DNA of 64,000 nt, taken from NCBI RefSeq assembly GCF_963506605.1, contig NC_083288.1, forward strand, positions 42,284,001 through 42,348,000. Reading direction: 5' to 3'. Positions 63,421 to 64,000 of this stretch are shown here, piece by piece. How positions within the stretch are numbered: position 1 is the stretch's first letter; each line of letters begins with the position of its first letter. The notes below the pieces were generated by a model. The model was not told the origin of the DNA. It saw nothing but the letters and a program-made list of their open reading frames with translations, and searched no databases. A program made the translations under genes and the position numbers. Source of the DNA: Zootoca vivipara (lineage: Eukaryota).

Positions 63421-63841
63421 ACCTTGGATAGTCAGTCTTTCTTTTTTGTGGCATGTATGATTTATTCATTGCTCCAACTATGACTCAATGTAAGGCAGTA
63501 AACATATAAATAAATCAAAGACAGGCAACCTATGTCCCTTCAGATATTTGTAGGACTCCAATACCCATCATGCACAGCCAGCATTGTCAGTGGTAAAAGA
63601 GAAAGGAAGTTGGAATTCCAAAAGACCTGAAGAGCCACATATTCTCCATCCCTGGTGCAGACGATACTAAGTTAGATCAAGGAACAGTCTGAATCACTAT
63701 AAGTCCTGCGATAATGTATGAACCACTCAGGCTGGAGTCTCAGCACTCAGCTGAGAAGAATGGCACACCTAAAACTGTGAAGCAAGTATCTCATTACTCT
63801 CTCCTTTCTCCCCAATTTTCACAGTGATACACAAGGAGGGA

Positions 63842-64000
63842 ATGGTGTGGTCAAACCAGACCATGATGACTGAGTTTGTTCTACTGGGCCTCTCTCAAAC
63901 CTGGGAATTACAGCTCATCTTATTTGTCTTCTTCCTCCTCCTCTACATTGGTACTCTCTTCAGCAACACTCTCATCATCTTTGCAATTTTCAGGGATCAC
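63842..64000 (+). CDS. Olfactory receptor, OR4-like, 3'-partial (cut by window end)
   Basis: ATG at 63842 gives MVWSNQTMMTEFVLLGLSQTWELQLILFVFFLLLYIGTLFSNTLIIFAIFRDH, paralogous to the other two ORs. Acceptor ttcacag ends at 63824. Confidence 0.9.
   Translation, partial: MVWSNQTMMTEFVLLGLSQTWELQLILFVFFLLLYIGTLFSNTLIIFAIFRDH

Overview
Vertebrate genomic DNA, most likely a lacertid lizard (inferred from Sauria/Squam1 and Squam3 SINEs, BovB, L2, RTE-X, Penelope elements and an expanded V2R family). The left ~40 kb is a vomeronasal type-2 receptor (class C GPCR) cluster arranged A(+, partial) > B(+, intact, 879 aa) > [2 assembly gaps] < C(-, pseudogene with a 16-bp frameshift) | D(+, intact, 874 aa) >. 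C and D are the two arms of a fold-back inverted duplication with a readable junction. The right ~24 kb is a tandem array of OR4-like olfactory receptors: one frameshifted, one intact, one cut by the window edge. The most unusual items are: (1) a 4.2-kb transposase-less hAT element in intron 4 of V2R-C that carries heterogeneous cargo, including a nested Charlie-type hAT whose interior looks like CpG-island promoter DNA (Pack-TE-like); (2) Penelope-associated hammerhead ribozyme motifs, one with an intact core; (3) the C/D fold-back junction, which has a templated duplication; (4) relics indicating that OR-flank DNA and another V2R were joined by deletion inside the V2R cluster. All coordinates were read by eye and no database searches were run.
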